Shown here: positions 30,638 through 41,321 of the stretch, in pieces | How positions within the stretch are numbered: position 1 is the first letter of the stretch | Layout of the letters: every line of letters starts with the position of its first letter | Source: an uncultured delta proteobacterium | GTDB lineage: Bacteria > Desulfobacterota > Binatia > JACPRU01 | Direction of reading: 5' to 3' | DNA: 64,000 nt | Assembly (NCBI GenBank): GCA_963745025.1 | Contig: CAVUWD010000014.1 | Span: 224,001-288,000 of the forward strand | Made by a program: the position numbers and the translations under genes | Notes under the pieces: model-generated | Databases searched by the model: none | Told to the model about the DNA's origin: nothing | What the model saw: the letters and a program-made list of their open reading frames with translations, nothing else

Positions 30638-30690
30638 ACGACCGCGGCCTTAACGCCCAGCCGGTCGCAGGTCAAGCGTTCGGCGACGTC

Positions 30691-31292
30691 GTGACGGACG
30701 GCGCATCGGAAGCACTCGTGCTCGCTGCCCTTTCGATAGTCGTGTTCTTCAGCTGGTTCGGCGGGGTAACGGGGTACCTGTCCGGCTGGGGCGCCTATTA
30801 CTTCGGGATGAACATCCGCTCCGGTTCCTGGCCTCGGCGCTCGTCATGTGCGCCTTCGCGGTGCTCCACATGAAATCGGAGTCGGGTCCGCTAGGGCGGT
30901 ATCGCGGACTCTCGAAGATTTGGCTCTCGGCGGGCGTCTTCTTCGGAGAGATGTCTCTCTGGATACTCTCCATCTTCGGGAACTTCGGCGACATGCACAA
31001 CTACCGCTACCAGGCGGACGGATTCGAACTCCTCGTCTTCAACCTCCTCTGGGGCGGCACAAACGCGTTGCTCATCTGGTTCGGGGCCGAGCGCGCTGCG
31101 CGAATGCTCGTCGGCTATGGCGTCACCTTTCTCGTTATCCAGGTCTACACGCTCTTCTTCGAGTACATCGCCGGGGCTCTCGGACCGGTCGTGACGATGT
31201 TTGTCGCCGGCGGAATCGCCCTCTGGCTCGCGTTCTATCTGGAGGGGAAACGAAAGGCCTTCCTCGCCCGCCGCGCCTTCGCGCCGCCTTAG
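30691..31292 (+). pseudogene. Membrane protein C-terminal fragment, frameshifted
   Basis: Hydrophobic helices split over ORFs 30691..30873 and 30846..31292. Confidence 0.5.
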
Positions 31293-31451
31293 CGTAGTCA
31301 CCCTGTCATTGGGGGGAGGCCGAAGGTCGACGAGGTCTCTCCAAGCCCGGCGTTGCCCAAAATCCGCACGGCAGCGACTCGATGCAGGCGATCCCGCCGA
31401 GCATTTGTGCCCCGACCGCCGCCGTCAGTCTGACTGCACGGTCTTCGGGCA

Positions 31452-32477
31452 TCAGATATTCCAAAGTTCCGGGAACTCCCGCGCAAGCCATCGGGCGATC
31501 GCCGCATTGACCGACGCGGGCCGCTCCTGCGCCATCCAATGGCCGGATCGAACGACGGCTTGCGACAATCTCTCGCAATCCTGACGCATCGGGTCCGCGA
31601 GCCGCGAGTCCACGGTTTCGCAGGTGTAATCGTAAGCCGCGTGCAAAAACAGGACGGGCATCGCGAGTTTGCCGCCGTTCACTGCCAGTTTACCAAATTC
31701 ACCGTTGCGCTCGTGATTCATGTACCAGGAGTCCGGCCCGAAAAAGCCGTTGCGCTCCAGCGCAGCGGCGTACTTGTGGAAGTCCTCCTCGCTAATGACC
31801 GTGGTATCGATCGGCACGTCGGGAACCACGCCGCCGGGGAACCATCCACCCTGATTGCGCACGTGCGCGGTGACCGAAGGTTTGCCCCTCCCGTCTGGGC
31901 TTCCCGCCCTGAAGAGCAGCTTGACCACTTTCGCGGGTGCGGCGTCGAATCCGGAGCGTGCCTGCTCGAAGCTCTCTTCGTAAAACCGCATGTACTCCCA
32001 CTGGCCGTATGGGTATTGCGCCTCTGGATAGACGGAGCGATCGACGAGCGACACGAAATTCTTGAGCGTAAAGCCCTTGGCGAAGTAGGGGACGCAGAGG
32101 TTCGCGACACCGGTACATCTGTCCGGATGATGGCTCGCGAGGCTCCATACGACCGGACTTCCCCAGTCGTGCCCGACCCAAATCGCCCTCTCGGCGCCAA
32201 GCTTGTCGAGCAGTTCGAGCATGTCTTTGACCGTTTGCTCGATCGCGTAATCTTCGTGGCGCGGATAGACGCTTGATCTGCCGTAGCCGCGCATGTCGGG
32301 AGCGATCGCGCGAAACCCAAGCGCCGCGAAGCATGGCAGTTGATGCCGCCAGCTAATCGAAAGCTCCGGCCATCCGTGCACGAAAATGATCAGCGGAGCG
32401 TCTTCGGCGCCGCAGGCTAGATAGAAGGTCGTGTGTCTTGGCGATCTTGCAATATGCTCGGTGACCGCGAACGTCAT
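31452..32477 (-). CDS. Epoxide hydrolase-like alpha/beta hydrolase
   Basis: HGWPE, DMRGYG, GHDWG, SGHW..QE. Confidence 0.92.
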   Translation of the reverse strand: MTFAVTEHIARSPRHTTFYLACGAEDAPLIIFVHGWPELSISWRHQLPCFAALGFRAIAPDMRGYGRSSVYPRHEDYAIEQTVKDMLELLDKLGAERAIWVGHDWGSPVVWSLASHHPDRCTGVANLCVPYFAKGFTLKNFVSLVDRSVYPEAQYPYGQWEYMRFYEESFEQARSGFDAAPAKVVKLLFRAGSPDGRGKPSVTAHVRNQGGWFPGGVVPDVPIDTTVISEEDFHKYAAALERNGFFGPDSWYMNHERNGEFGKLAVNGGKLAMPVLFLHAAYDYTCETVDSRLADPMRQDCERLSQAVVRSGHWMAQERPASVNAAIARWLAREFPELWNI

Positions 32478-33518
32478 CGTTTTTCCTCCCACGCAATCGT
32501 TTCAGGCCTGGTTGTCTTCTGAAAAATTAGAACGTCGGCAGGTGCTCGATGTCCTTGAACTCGTGCGGATACGTATAGTTCGTATTCGCTGCCAATTTGA
32601 CGCAACGCACTCTATCAGATGTTACCACCACTGCCCCAAGGCCACATCGATGCCGCGCCAGGACGTGGATACTCCTTGCCGCACGGGCTCGTCAAAGGGA
32701 AAAGGCCACTGTGCGTTCAGCGATGGCTGCAGCGGTTGTGCCTCGCCCAATATTCCATCGACCGCGCCGTGGTGCCAAAATGACAGCCCCCTAACGAACG
32801 ACGCAAAACGCGAGAATCCTTCGGAGGCTCAAGACAGTGCTCGTCATGTCCCCAATCGCATGGTTCGTCTTCGTTGGGCTTGTTCTCGGCGCCTACGGAG
32901 TCGTGCTGCTCGGGCTGGGTCGCTGATCCCCCGCCGGTTAGTGACGATCAGGCGTCGCGGCCGCCGAGTCGGTTGGTAGTGGTTCCGGCGCGCCGATCTC
33001 GGCACAAGTAAAGGCCGTCTCCACAAGGTCGATTGGGAGAAACAGTGGCGTGAATGCGAGCGCAAAACCCGCAACAACAGGCGGCGTAACTGGGATCATC
33101 GAGCAAACAAGAACCGCTCGCAAAACTTTGCCGGGCAAGCCCTCGTCGGAATCCGAACGAAAGCAAGTGGACACTTGATTGTTCGTCGCGTCGCCGACGA
33201 TATGCCAGAGCTTTTTGGTTGTGGGAATGCGACTCGCGCAAGGTGGGGGCTCAGGCTCCGCCGAGCGCATCGGTGGCGCTCCCCCGATACATCCACCGAG
33301 TCCTCCGATGAGCAGCACGAGGACTGCGGTTTGGAACGACGTGCGTTGCCGTTGATGTTTCCGATTCGCCGATGGCTCGAGTCGAAGCGTCGAGTCTGAC
33401 GGGGCGGTTTCGGTCACGCTGCGTTCCTCGGGGAAGCGGTTCGTACCTGACCTCCTGCGGTGTCTGCTGCGGCTGGAGACGGGCGTAAAGGGCACGTCGG
33501 GGCGGGGGCTGCGATTCG

Positions 33519-35003
33519 TTACGACACCCGCTTCACGCCTGGCGGCTTCCAGGTGCCTTCACCCGCCGGCAGGATTGAGGGTGGTGTCTCCTTCGGCCAG
33601 TAGAGACGCATCACCAGATAGATCGGGCCGTTCGGTGCGGGGAGCCAATTGGATTTCTTTTCCGCGCCCGGCGAGTCTTTCTGAATGTAGAGCATCAACG
33701 AGCCGTCCGCATTCCTCTTCATGTTGCGCTGCATCGGCGAATTGATGAGGTAGCGATTGATCGGGTTCTCGATCAGGAACTGCGTCTTGCCGTCGTACAT
33801 TGTGATCGACCAGAAGGCGTTCACCGGCGGCAATTGACCGGCCGCGAAGGTGAGCGTATAGTTGTGCTTGCTGCCGTCGAGCGGCTCGCCATCTGCATCG
33901 CTCCGAGTCATGGGGTACATGGCTTCCACGGCATCGTTACCGTATATGCCGGCTTGCGCGGCAGTGGCACGCAGCAGCCAGTTGCCATTGAAGAAAGCGC
34001 GGTCGCCAGTGATCGAGCCGACGCGCCATCCGTTGATGTTCTTGCCGAAATCGCTTACGGCCTTTGTCACCTTCTCCTCGCCATCTTTCATGCCCAGGCC
34101 CACTTCCGCTTTGTGCTCAAGCGAGAGGTCTTTGAAGTCGAACTGCTTGCCGGGCCCGATGCCGATGCTGGCAAGCTTGCTGCGGATTTCCTTCTCCTCC
34201 GGACCCGGAGGGGCGAACTGGAGCGAGAAGTCGAGGTATTCGAAGAAGTTGGTCTTGGCGAGCTCCTTGTCGATCTTGGGGAAATTCACGGCGGGAGCCG
34301 CGGGCGGCGCGGGCTGCTTCAGGTAGGCCGAAAGTGCCTGCACTTGATAGCCGGCTTGGATCTTCTCGACGTTCTTCATGTCGTTCGGGTTGAAGAGCTG
34401 GGTGCGGTAGACGGCCAAGGAGAACTGCGTGCTAGACCGGAACATCTTCTTGATGCGCGGCGGGGTCTCGCCTTTCCAATCGGGTCCGACGACCATGTAG
34501 TCGCCCGCCCCACTGCCGGTGGCGCGGCTTCCGATGTAGCCGTAGTTGAAGGTATTGCCGTCGCAGAGCATCACCGAGTAGTAGCGGGCCTTTTCCACCG
34601 CTGGGACGGACAGGACGATGGGCTCTGCCCGCAGATCCATCCACACCAAGGAATACGGCGTGTCGCTGTTGGGGGTGACGACGGCCGTGTCCTTGTATGT
34701 GAACACGCGGGGCTCATTGCGGATCTGATTGAAGGGCGCCTTGAACTGGCCCGAGGTGCGGTCAACGGCATACTCGTACATGACCGCGTAGTTCATCACG
34801 ATCGGCAAGCCGTAGATGAACCCCTCCTCGGCGATCGTTTTGGTCTCAGCGATACCCGGCTGGGTCTTTTCCGACCGTTCCGCCAGCGAGATGGCATCTT
34901 TTCGAGTTGCACAGCCGATCAGTAGCGTGGTGCTAGTGATGGCCGCCACGGCGACAAACATCCCGGCAGTGCATGCTCTAGCGAACACCCACAATCGAGT
35001 CAT
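33519..35003 (-). CDS. DUF1254/DUF1214 domain exported protein
   Basis: VVTPNSDTPYS, PPVNAFWSITMY, NWLPAP, MRLYWP; lipobox-like LIGC. Confidence 0.9.
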   Translation of the reverse strand: MTRLWVFARACTAGMFVAVAAITSTTLLIGCATRKDAISLAERSEKTQPGIAETKTIAEEGFIYGLPIVMNYAVMYEYAVDRTSGQFKAPFNQIRNEPRVFTYKDTAVVTPNSDTPYSLVWMDLRAEPIVLSVPAVEKARYYSVMLCDGNTFNYGYIGSRATGSGAGDYMVVGPDWKGETPPRIKKMFRSSTQFSLAVYRTQLFNPNDMKNVEKIQAGYQVQALSAYLKQPAPPAAPAVNFPKIDKELAKTNFFEYLDFSLQFAPPGPEEKEIRSKLASIGIGPGKQFDFKDLSLEHKAEVGLGMKDGEEKVTKAVSDFGKNINGWRVGSITGDRAFFNGNWLLRATAAQAGIYGNDAVEAMYPMTRSDADGEPLDGSKHNYTLTFAAGQLPPVNAFWSITMYDGKTQFLIENPINRYLINSPMQRNMKRNADGSLMLYIQKDSPGAEKKSNWLPAPNGPIYLVMRLYWPKETPPSILPAGEGTWKPPGVKRVS

Positions 35004-35090
35004 CGACCGTCCTCCCGTTTTCGGTTTGCGCTTATCCTAGCCGTTTGGCCGACGAGAAGGCTGCTCCCCCGGCGGGTGCCAGCGTTCAAT

Positions 35091-35495
35091 CTAGCCCAAC
35101 GCCCAGCCGAACTTGCTCTGCGGGGTGAGCTCGACGATCACGGAATCCTCCGATCCGAGCGGCGCTGCGGATTCGTATTTCGGATACTGCTTGTAGAGCT
35201 TGCGGCGGATCTTCTTGAATTCCGCTTTGTCCACGATGCGTACCGTGCAAACCAGCATCAGCCCGCGGAGGTCCTTCCACGAGTCGCGATAGACGTCGAA
35301 AACGATCGTCGCCCGTGGATTCGCTCGGAGGTTCTTCATCTTCCGCGCGTTCGTTTCCGAAGCGAAGTAGAGTTTTCCGCCGTCGACCAGCGGGCACACC
35401 GGAATGTTGTGCGGCGTACCGCCGCTGCTCACGGTGGCGAGGCGAGCGACACCCTGGGACTTGAGGAACGCCGTGTCGCTTCTCGAAAGCTTCAT
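35091..35495 (-). CDS. Pyridoxamine 5'-phosphate oxidase-family protein
   Basis: ARLATV..GTPH..P..KMKNLRANPRA. Confidence 0.85.
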   Translation of the reverse strand: MKLSRSDTAFLKSQGVARLATVSSGGTPHNIPVCPLVDGGKLYFASETNARKMKNLRANPRATIVFDVYRDSWKDLRGLMLVCTVRIVDKAEFKKIRRKLYKQYPKYESAAPLGSEDSVIVELTPQSKFGWALG

Positions 35496-35632
35496 GATCC
35501 TCCCTCTCCGCGCATCGGCGGCTGCAGTCCGGTGATGCTACGCTGCGCCGCCATGGGATCCATCGAGAGGACTTTACCCCTGCCGCGGCTCGTTCGCCAC
35601 TCGATTTCGGCGACATCGCGAACATGTCTCAG

Positions 35633-35658
35633 GAGTTTGAACCACGTGGTTCAAACTC
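35633..35658. repeat. Palindrome copy 4 (26-bp perfect: GAGTTTGAACCACGTGGTTCAAACTC) followed by conserved tail
   Basis: Directly read; tail GGGCTCTACGTAGGACTAAGTGGATGA..GAGAAAACGCTTGAAAATTGCGG. Confidence 0.95.
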
Positions 35659-35772
35659 GGGCTCTACGTAGGACTAAGTGGATGATAGAATGGAGAAAAC
35701 GCTTGAAAATTGCGGCCGTCGCTAGCTCGGCATCCTCTGGCCAGAGCGTCCGCTTCGTAGGAACATGGCGGC

Positions 35773-37257
35773 GTGAGCACGCCAGCGCTTCGCTTCGACA
35801 ACAGCTACTCCCGCCTGCCCGAGACCTTCTATAGCCGCGTCGAGCCGGTGCGGGTGCCGGAGCCGCGTCTCATCCGCGTGAACGAGGCGCTCGCAGAGCA
35901 TCTCGGGATCGATCGTTCGTGGCTCCGATCCGACGCCGCCGTGCGGACGTTCGCGGGAAACGAGATCCCGGCGGGCGCCGAGCCGATCGCGACCGTCTAC
36001 GCGGGGTACCAGTTCGGCACGTGGAACCCGCGCCTCGGCGACGGCCGAGCCATCCTGCTCGGAGAGCTGATCGGCCGGGACGGCATTCGCTACGATGTGC
36101 AGCTCAAGGGATCGGGCCGAACGCCCTATTCGCGCACCGGGGACGGCAAGGCCCCGCTCGGGCCGGTGCTGCGCGAGTACGTCGTCAGCGAATGGATGGC
36201 CGCGGTCGGGATCCCGACGAGCCGAAGCCTCGCGGCCGTGACCACCGGGGAGCAGGTCTTCCGCGAAACGGGGCCCGTGCCCGGCGCCGTGCTCACGCGC
36301 GTCGCTCAGAGCCACATCCGTGTCGGCACCGTCCAGTACTTCGCGTCCCGCGGTGACGAGAACGCCGTCCGCATCCTTCTCGACCACGTCATCGAACGCC
36401 ACTTCCCCGACGCGCGCCGTGCGGAGAATCCCTACCGCGCGATGCTCGACGGCGTGATCGCCCGCCAGGCCGAGCTCGTCGCGCGATGGCTCGCCGTCGG
36501 ATTCATCCACGGCGTGATGAACACCGACAACATGCTGCTCTCGGGAGAGACGATCGACTACGGCCCCTGTGCCTTCCTCGACGAGTACGACCCGCAGAAG
36601 GTCTTGAGCTCGATCGATCACGGCGGGCGCTACGCCTACGGGAACCAGCCGCCGATCGCACACTGGAATCTAGCGAGCCTCGCCGAGGCGATGTTCTTCC
36701 TGCTCGACGACGATCGCGAGCGGGCGATCGCCGCTGCGCAGTCGGCGCTCGACGAGTTCCCCGGGCGGCTCCTATCCGCCCGGCGGCGGACGATGCTCGA
36801 GAAGATCGGCCTCACGACCCACCGCGAGGGAGACGACCGGCTGATCGACGATCTCCTCTCGACGATGGCAGCGGCGCGCGCCGACTTCACGCTCACCTTC
36901 CGGCGTCTAGCGGAGCTCGCCGACTCCGAGCAGGCGGCCGAGATCGACTCGATCTACGAGCTCCCCGAGACACTCAGCCCCTGGCTCGCCCGCTGGCGCG
37001 AGCGCATCGCCCTCGAGAGCGCGGTCGCTCCGGCCGAGCGGCGGCGTCGCATGGCGGCGATGAACCCGCTCTTCCTCCCGCGGAACCACCTCGTCGAGGA
37101 GGTCATCGCCGCCGCCGTCGCCCGCGAAGACTTCCAGCCCTTCCACGACCTCGTCGACCTCCTCGCACGCCCAACCGAGTGGCGCCCGGAGAAGGCCCGC
37201 TACGCTCGACCGCCCCGCCCGGAGGAAGTCGTCCAGCGGACGTTCTGCGGCACCTGA
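35773..37257 (+). CDS. selO: Protein adenylyltransferase SelO/YdiU
   Basis: YAGYQFG..LGDGRA, QLKGSGRTPYSR.GDG, GFIHGVMNTDN, IDYGP, terminal TFCGT. Confidence 0.95.
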   Translation: MSTPALRFDNSYSRLPETFYSRVEPVRVPEPRLIRVNEALAEHLGIDRSWLRSDAAVRTFAGNEIPAGAEPIATVYAGYQFGTWNPRLGDGRAILLGELIGRDGIRYDVQLKGSGRTPYSRTGDGKAPLGPVLREYVVSEWMAAVGIPTSRSLAAVTTGEQVFRETGPVPGAVLTRVAQSHIRVGTVQYFASRGDENAVRILLDHVIERHFPDARRAENPYRAMLDGVIARQAELVARWLAVGFIHGVMNTDNMLLSGETIDYGPCAFLDEYDPQKVLSSIDHGGRYAYGNQPPIAHWNLASLAEAMFFLLDDDRERAIAAAQSALDEFPGRLLSARRRTMLEKIGLTTHREGDDRLIDDLLSTMAAARADFTLTFRRLAELADSEQAAEIDSIYELPETLSPWLARWRERIALESAVAPAERRRRMAAMNPLFLPRNHLVEEVIAAAVAREDFQPFHDLVDLLARPTEWRPEKARYARPPRPEEVVQRTFCGT

Positions 37258-37764
37258 ACTCGGACGATGCGTCGCGGTTTCGAGTAGCTCTTGGCCCCCA
37301 GCCGAAACTGAGGATGGGTGGCAAGGATCGAGCGCGGACGGCTTCGCGAGGCCGAACGTGCCGGGCGCCTCCGCCATTCGATCGTCGAGCTCGCGCCGAG
37401 CTACGTTCACATGTACGTGAACCGCATGGTGCGCTCGGTGGCTGACGTCCGAGTAACACCCGGAACGGCGTTCAAATGCTATGAGGAAAATGAAGGGAAT
37501 CGAGGAGGGAGTTCACAGTGGGTAAACCGCGAAGTCGCACGCGCAAACAGTTTCAGCCATATTCCAAAGCCGACCCGGTAGATGTCGCCATGAACCTCGA
37601 CATAGATGTCCCCATCACGCCCGCCGATCTTGACGGGCTCTTAGACGAATTCCGGAGGCGTGCTCACCGGCACGATCGCGAATAGGGCGGACCCCTGCCA
37701 GGCAAAGATCGCCTGCGGCCCTGCGGCGAGCAAGATGGCCGCGAGAAGTCGACATACCTTCGCG

Positions 37765-38349
37765 CTACTGCCCAAGGAATCGCGCGTGGTACACGGCCCC
37801 TGCATCGGAACTTTGTATATCGCTCCTGACGGCACAGACTCCCTGCACATTTTTCGCGGTCTCTATCGCGCGCAGATGAGCGGTGAGGCTATTTACGGTG
37901 CCGGCGAGCAATACCGTGCCCTTATCGACCGATTGCACGGAGACATTGCTCCCGCTGAGAGGGCTATCCTTCTTCAGGCCCGCCGCAATCAGAGCGACCG
38001 CAACCTCACTCTGAAGCTCCGAGTCCGAGGGGGCGGTGGCGTGTTCCTCCGCAACGGGAGCGATCATAAGGAAGTTGCGAACCTCTCTCACGCCTTCCAT
38101 GCTCCTCGCCAACTTCTCCACGTTCTCCTTATCCGCCGGGGAGGTAACCTTTCCGTACAGCGTCATCGTTGCGTTCATCGTGTCGACCTGAACCGTGCTT
38201 CCACGAGTTCCAATCGACGTAAAGATAGCGATCTTGGCCGTCGTGGTGAGCCAGGCGTCGGACGGTCCGTCGGCTGCCCTGCCACAGGGTGGCGTAGCTC
38301 CGACGACCGCGGCAAACAGACCTATGGCTATCATCCCGACTCTCTGCAT
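37765..38349 (-). CDS. BON-domain protein (OsmY-like; shorter paralogue of 62234..63283)
   Basis: SDAWLTT.AK, VTL/MTLYGKV, TVLLAG..AHLRAIE.A. Confidence 0.8.
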   Translation of the reverse strand: MQRVGMIAIGLFAAVVGATPPCGRAADGPSDAWLTTTAKIAIFTSIGTRGSTVQVDTMNATMTLYGKVTSPADKENVEKLARSMEGVREVRNFLMIAPVAEEHATAPSDSELQSEVAVALIAAGLKKDSPLSGSNVSVQSVDKGTVLLAGTVNSLTAHLRAIETAKNVQGVCAVRSDIQSSDAGAVYHARFLGQ

Positions 38350-38968
38350 TCTCTTACTTCCCGTGTAGATCAAGCGTTCTTACCCTTCCCATCGAGCCAA
38401 CCGACGGCCCGATCCGAACGGCAAGAGCGACCAGCAGCCAGCCGAACATACCGAGCAGAACAAAGACGATACCCATTCTAGTGTGGGCCCTCCTTCGTAG
38501 AGCCCGCCTACACCGTCTTCAGAGCTTAGACCTTACAATCCTTTTCATATTGCCGAGAACGAAAGCGAACAACCGAATGATAGTGCGGCAGGGCCCGAAG
38601 GCTATGAGGGAATTTCCCTACTGCTTAAGAAAGGCAGCCCCTGCTTCTACTCTGGTGTACGGCTCTCGCAACTTGATCGGCGCGGCGTGAGGCTTCCGCG
38701 CTTTCAAGTTGAGGATTTCTACGAACACAGCGAACGACATCGCGAAATAGGGCATCTCCGATCAGCGATCCTGTATGCTCGCCACGGCTGCGTCCTCCGA
38801 CGTCTCAGTAATGCTCGGAACGGCACAAGGATTCGACCGGAGGAAGTCCCCTATCTGGGCGAGCAAGGGGTTTTCCCTTACTTGCGCGGCGCTCGCCGAG
38901 GCGTAACGTGGTTCTTGGCAGTGCAGAATTGACTGGCGGTCCGAACGAACAAGCCGTTGGAGGTTCAC

Positions 38969-39256
38969 ATGACGCTCACACATCTGCTCATTCTTCTTTT
39001 GGTAGGAGCCGTGGTCGGACTGATCGCGGAACGGCTCGTCAACCGAGCACTCCCCTACGGATGGATCGGCGCCATCGCGGCCGGCCTGCTAGGCGCGTGG
39101 CTGATGACGGACCAGCTCCATATCATCATCGCTCCCAAGGTGTCGGTAATCGGGATTCCGCTGATCTCGGCGATCCTCGGCGCAATGATCGTGGTCTTCC
39201 TGTTCAGCTTGATCACCGGTGCCGGCCGATTCGGCTACCGGCGTGCCCGCTGGTGA
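38969..39256 (+). CDS. GlsB/YeaQ/YmgE-family stress-response membrane protein
   Basis: Three hydrophobic helices, G..GA...AILGA pattern; RBS GGAGG. Confidence 0.8.
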   Translation: MTLTHLLILLLVGAVVGLIAERLVNRALPYGWIGAIAAGLLGAWLMTDQLHIIIAPKVSVIGIPLISAILGAMIVVFLFSLITGAGRFGYRRARW

Positions 39257-39439
39257 TCACGGTTCGGGATTCGCAAGCGCGGTGCGCTACTGAAGATATC
39301 CGGATATGCGCTCGCCGTCATTCATGATGAAAATATGAACGGTACGTTGGATATCGACTGGAGTGATGCCGATCGCAGGTTACGGCGTTTCAAACGATCC
39401 GCAGCCTTTGATCAGCGTGTCTCTATTCTCGGCGCCGTG

Positions 39440-40066
39440 ATGCTGCGCTCATCGACCGCATTGCTCGCGCTCACGGCTGCCATCGCTTCGTCGGCGATCT
39501 CGATGTCGGTGCGGCCGGCGATCGCCGCCGACTCGCCTCCCGAGGTGGTTCGCAAGCTCACCGACGCAGTGATCGCCGTGCTCGAGCAGAAGGATCTGCC
39601 TGCCGCCGCGAGGGTCACGAAGATCCGCGACGTCGTTTACGACTACGCCGATTTCCCGACCATCTCGCGATTGGTGCTGGCCCGCAACTGGAGGGGACTC
39701 GACGAAACCCAGCAGGAGCACTTTGTCGAGGAATTCAAGAAATACCTCGCGAGCAGTTACGGGAAGAACGTCGACACCTACAACAACGAGAAGGTGGAGA
39801 TCGTAGGCGACCGCGACGAGGGGCGCGGCGACTGGACCGTGCAAACGAAAAACCTGCGCCCACAGGGTGGAGGCGACGTCCTGGTCGAGTACCGCTTGCG
39901 GCAGAGGAACGGGGAATGGAAAATCATTGACGTGCTCATCGAGCGTGTAAGCCTGGTCTCCAACTACCGCTCGCAGTTCCAGGCCCTCATGGCCAACGGA
40001 GGCATCGACCACCTGCTCGAGCTCCTGCGCGAGAAAAACGCGTCCGGCGAGGGGTTGAAGTCGTAG
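39440..40066 (+). CDS. MlaC/Ttg2D phospholipid-binding periplasmic protein
   Basis: DF..ISRLVLARNW, WKIIDV.IE.VSLVSNYRSQF. Confidence 0.88.
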   Translation: MLRSSTALLALTAAIASSAISMSVRPAIAADSPPEVVRKLTDAVIAVLEQKDLPAAARVTKIRDVVYDYADFPTISRLVLARNWRGLDETQQEHFVEEFKKYLASSYGKNVDTYNNEKVEIVGDRDEGRGDWTVQTKNLRPQGGGDVLVEYRLRQRNGEWKIIDVLIERVSLVSNYRSQFQALMANGGIDHLLELLREKNASGEGLKS

Positions 40067-40682
40067 CGTGCCGTCTCGATGCGACCCCCTTCGATAGGGG
40101 ATTTTGCTTATAGCACCGTTTCGACTGGAGAAGCATTGTTGCCTGTCCGTGCAACCCGACCGATCGCCTTCAACGCAGGGACCGGGCCACGAAGAATCGA
40201 GCCTGGTCCCTGCTTATCCAAATGAGGAGGCGCGAATGGATGCCTTCGTTCCATGAAATCCCAGGAGCCAACCGGATCGCCGCTCAAACGACTTGTCCGA
40301 CCTGAGATGGTCAAACAGGTCTTCGCCTCTTTCGTCGTCGCCCCGAACGGAGGGAATGCCATGAGAACCCAACCCGGAGGAATCGCCAAAGTGATTCGTA
40401 TTCCGAACGCACAATCGGAGGCACCAGCTCCGCTACGTGCCGACGAACCCGCCGGTGTCGATGAATGGCTTTCCTCTCACCGCGAGGAGACCGTACGCCA
40501 GCTCGCGACATGGCAGGCCCCGGCCCTTCCGAACGAGGTCGTCGAAGCGCTGGCCACGATCTTCCTGATGCAGCCAGGACACAAGCTCATACCATTCTTT
40601 GTTTGGCTCGAGGATCGATTGAGGCGATAGCTTTCTCCGCAAGCCGTTCTCGTCTACGACGGCCGAGTCGGATTCTTCAAGC

Positions 40683-41321
40683 TTACTCTGAGTCGACGCC
40701 GTCTGCCTGATTGGCTCTGCAAAGCAGGTCCAGGCGCACCAGCTCTGCGACGGACTCCACCTGCATCTTCTCCATGACGCGCCCGCGATGAATCTCCACC
40801 GTCTTGGGGCTGATGCCGAGGTCCGCCGCGATGATCTTGTTCGGCTTCCCCTCGATGACGAGGTCCATCACCTCTCGCTCCCTCGGCGTGAGGTACGTGA
40901 GCAGGGCGGCAAACTTCGCAGCCTCCATTCGCACTTGCCGGGTCCGGCGATCGAGGTCGATCGCCTGGCGAATCCGCTCCAGCAATGACTGATCGCTGAA
41001 CGGCTTTTGTATGAAGTCGATCGCTCCCCCTTTGAGGGCGCGGACGGCCATCGGCACCCTGGCGTGCCCCGTCATGATGATGATCGGCGGCGGCACCCCG
41101 CGCCGCCTGAGCTCTTCCTGCAGATCGAGGCCGGATAAGCCTGGCATCCGCACGTCGAGAAGCAGGCAGCCAGGCTCCTCAGGGTTGTAGTCGGTCAAGA
41201 ATTCTTGTGCCGTCGAGTAGCTCTTGAAGCGAAGCCCGGCGGATTCGAAGAGCCAGCCCAGGGATTCCCTGAGGTCAGCATCGTCGTCTACGACGAAAAC
41301 AGTCGACTCTGCTTCCTTCAT
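40683..41321 (-). CDS. FixJ/NarL-family response regulator (REC + LuxR HTH)
   Basis: VVDDD, LLDVRMPG, LTPREREV, NKIIAADLGISPKTVEIHR. Confidence 0.95.
   Translation of the reverse strand: MKEAESTVFVVDDDADLRESLGWLFESAGLRFKSYSTAQEFLTDYNPEEPGCLLLDVRMPGLSGLDLQEELRRRGVPPPIIIMTGHARVPMAVRALKGGAIDFIQKPFSDQSLLERIRQAIDLDRRTRQVRMEAAKFAALLTYLTPREREVMDLVIEGKPNKIIAADLGISPKTVEIHRGRVMEKMQVESVAELVRLDLLCRANQADGVDSE

Larger units (their letters stand above)
7521..35745. mobile_element. Composite/accreted genomic island downstream of tRNA-Ala
   Basis: Three homologous right-end sequences (about 10628, 23207, 35633), three TA pairs, RadC and phage-like remnants, many truncated genes. Confidence 0.6.

Noticed and set aside
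7559-35658. Palindromes as a CRISPR array or integron attC sites
   Set aside because: Spacing is 3-12 kb rather than 30-40 bp, there are no cas or intI genes, and there are no RYYYAAC/GTTRRRY ends or extrahelical bases.
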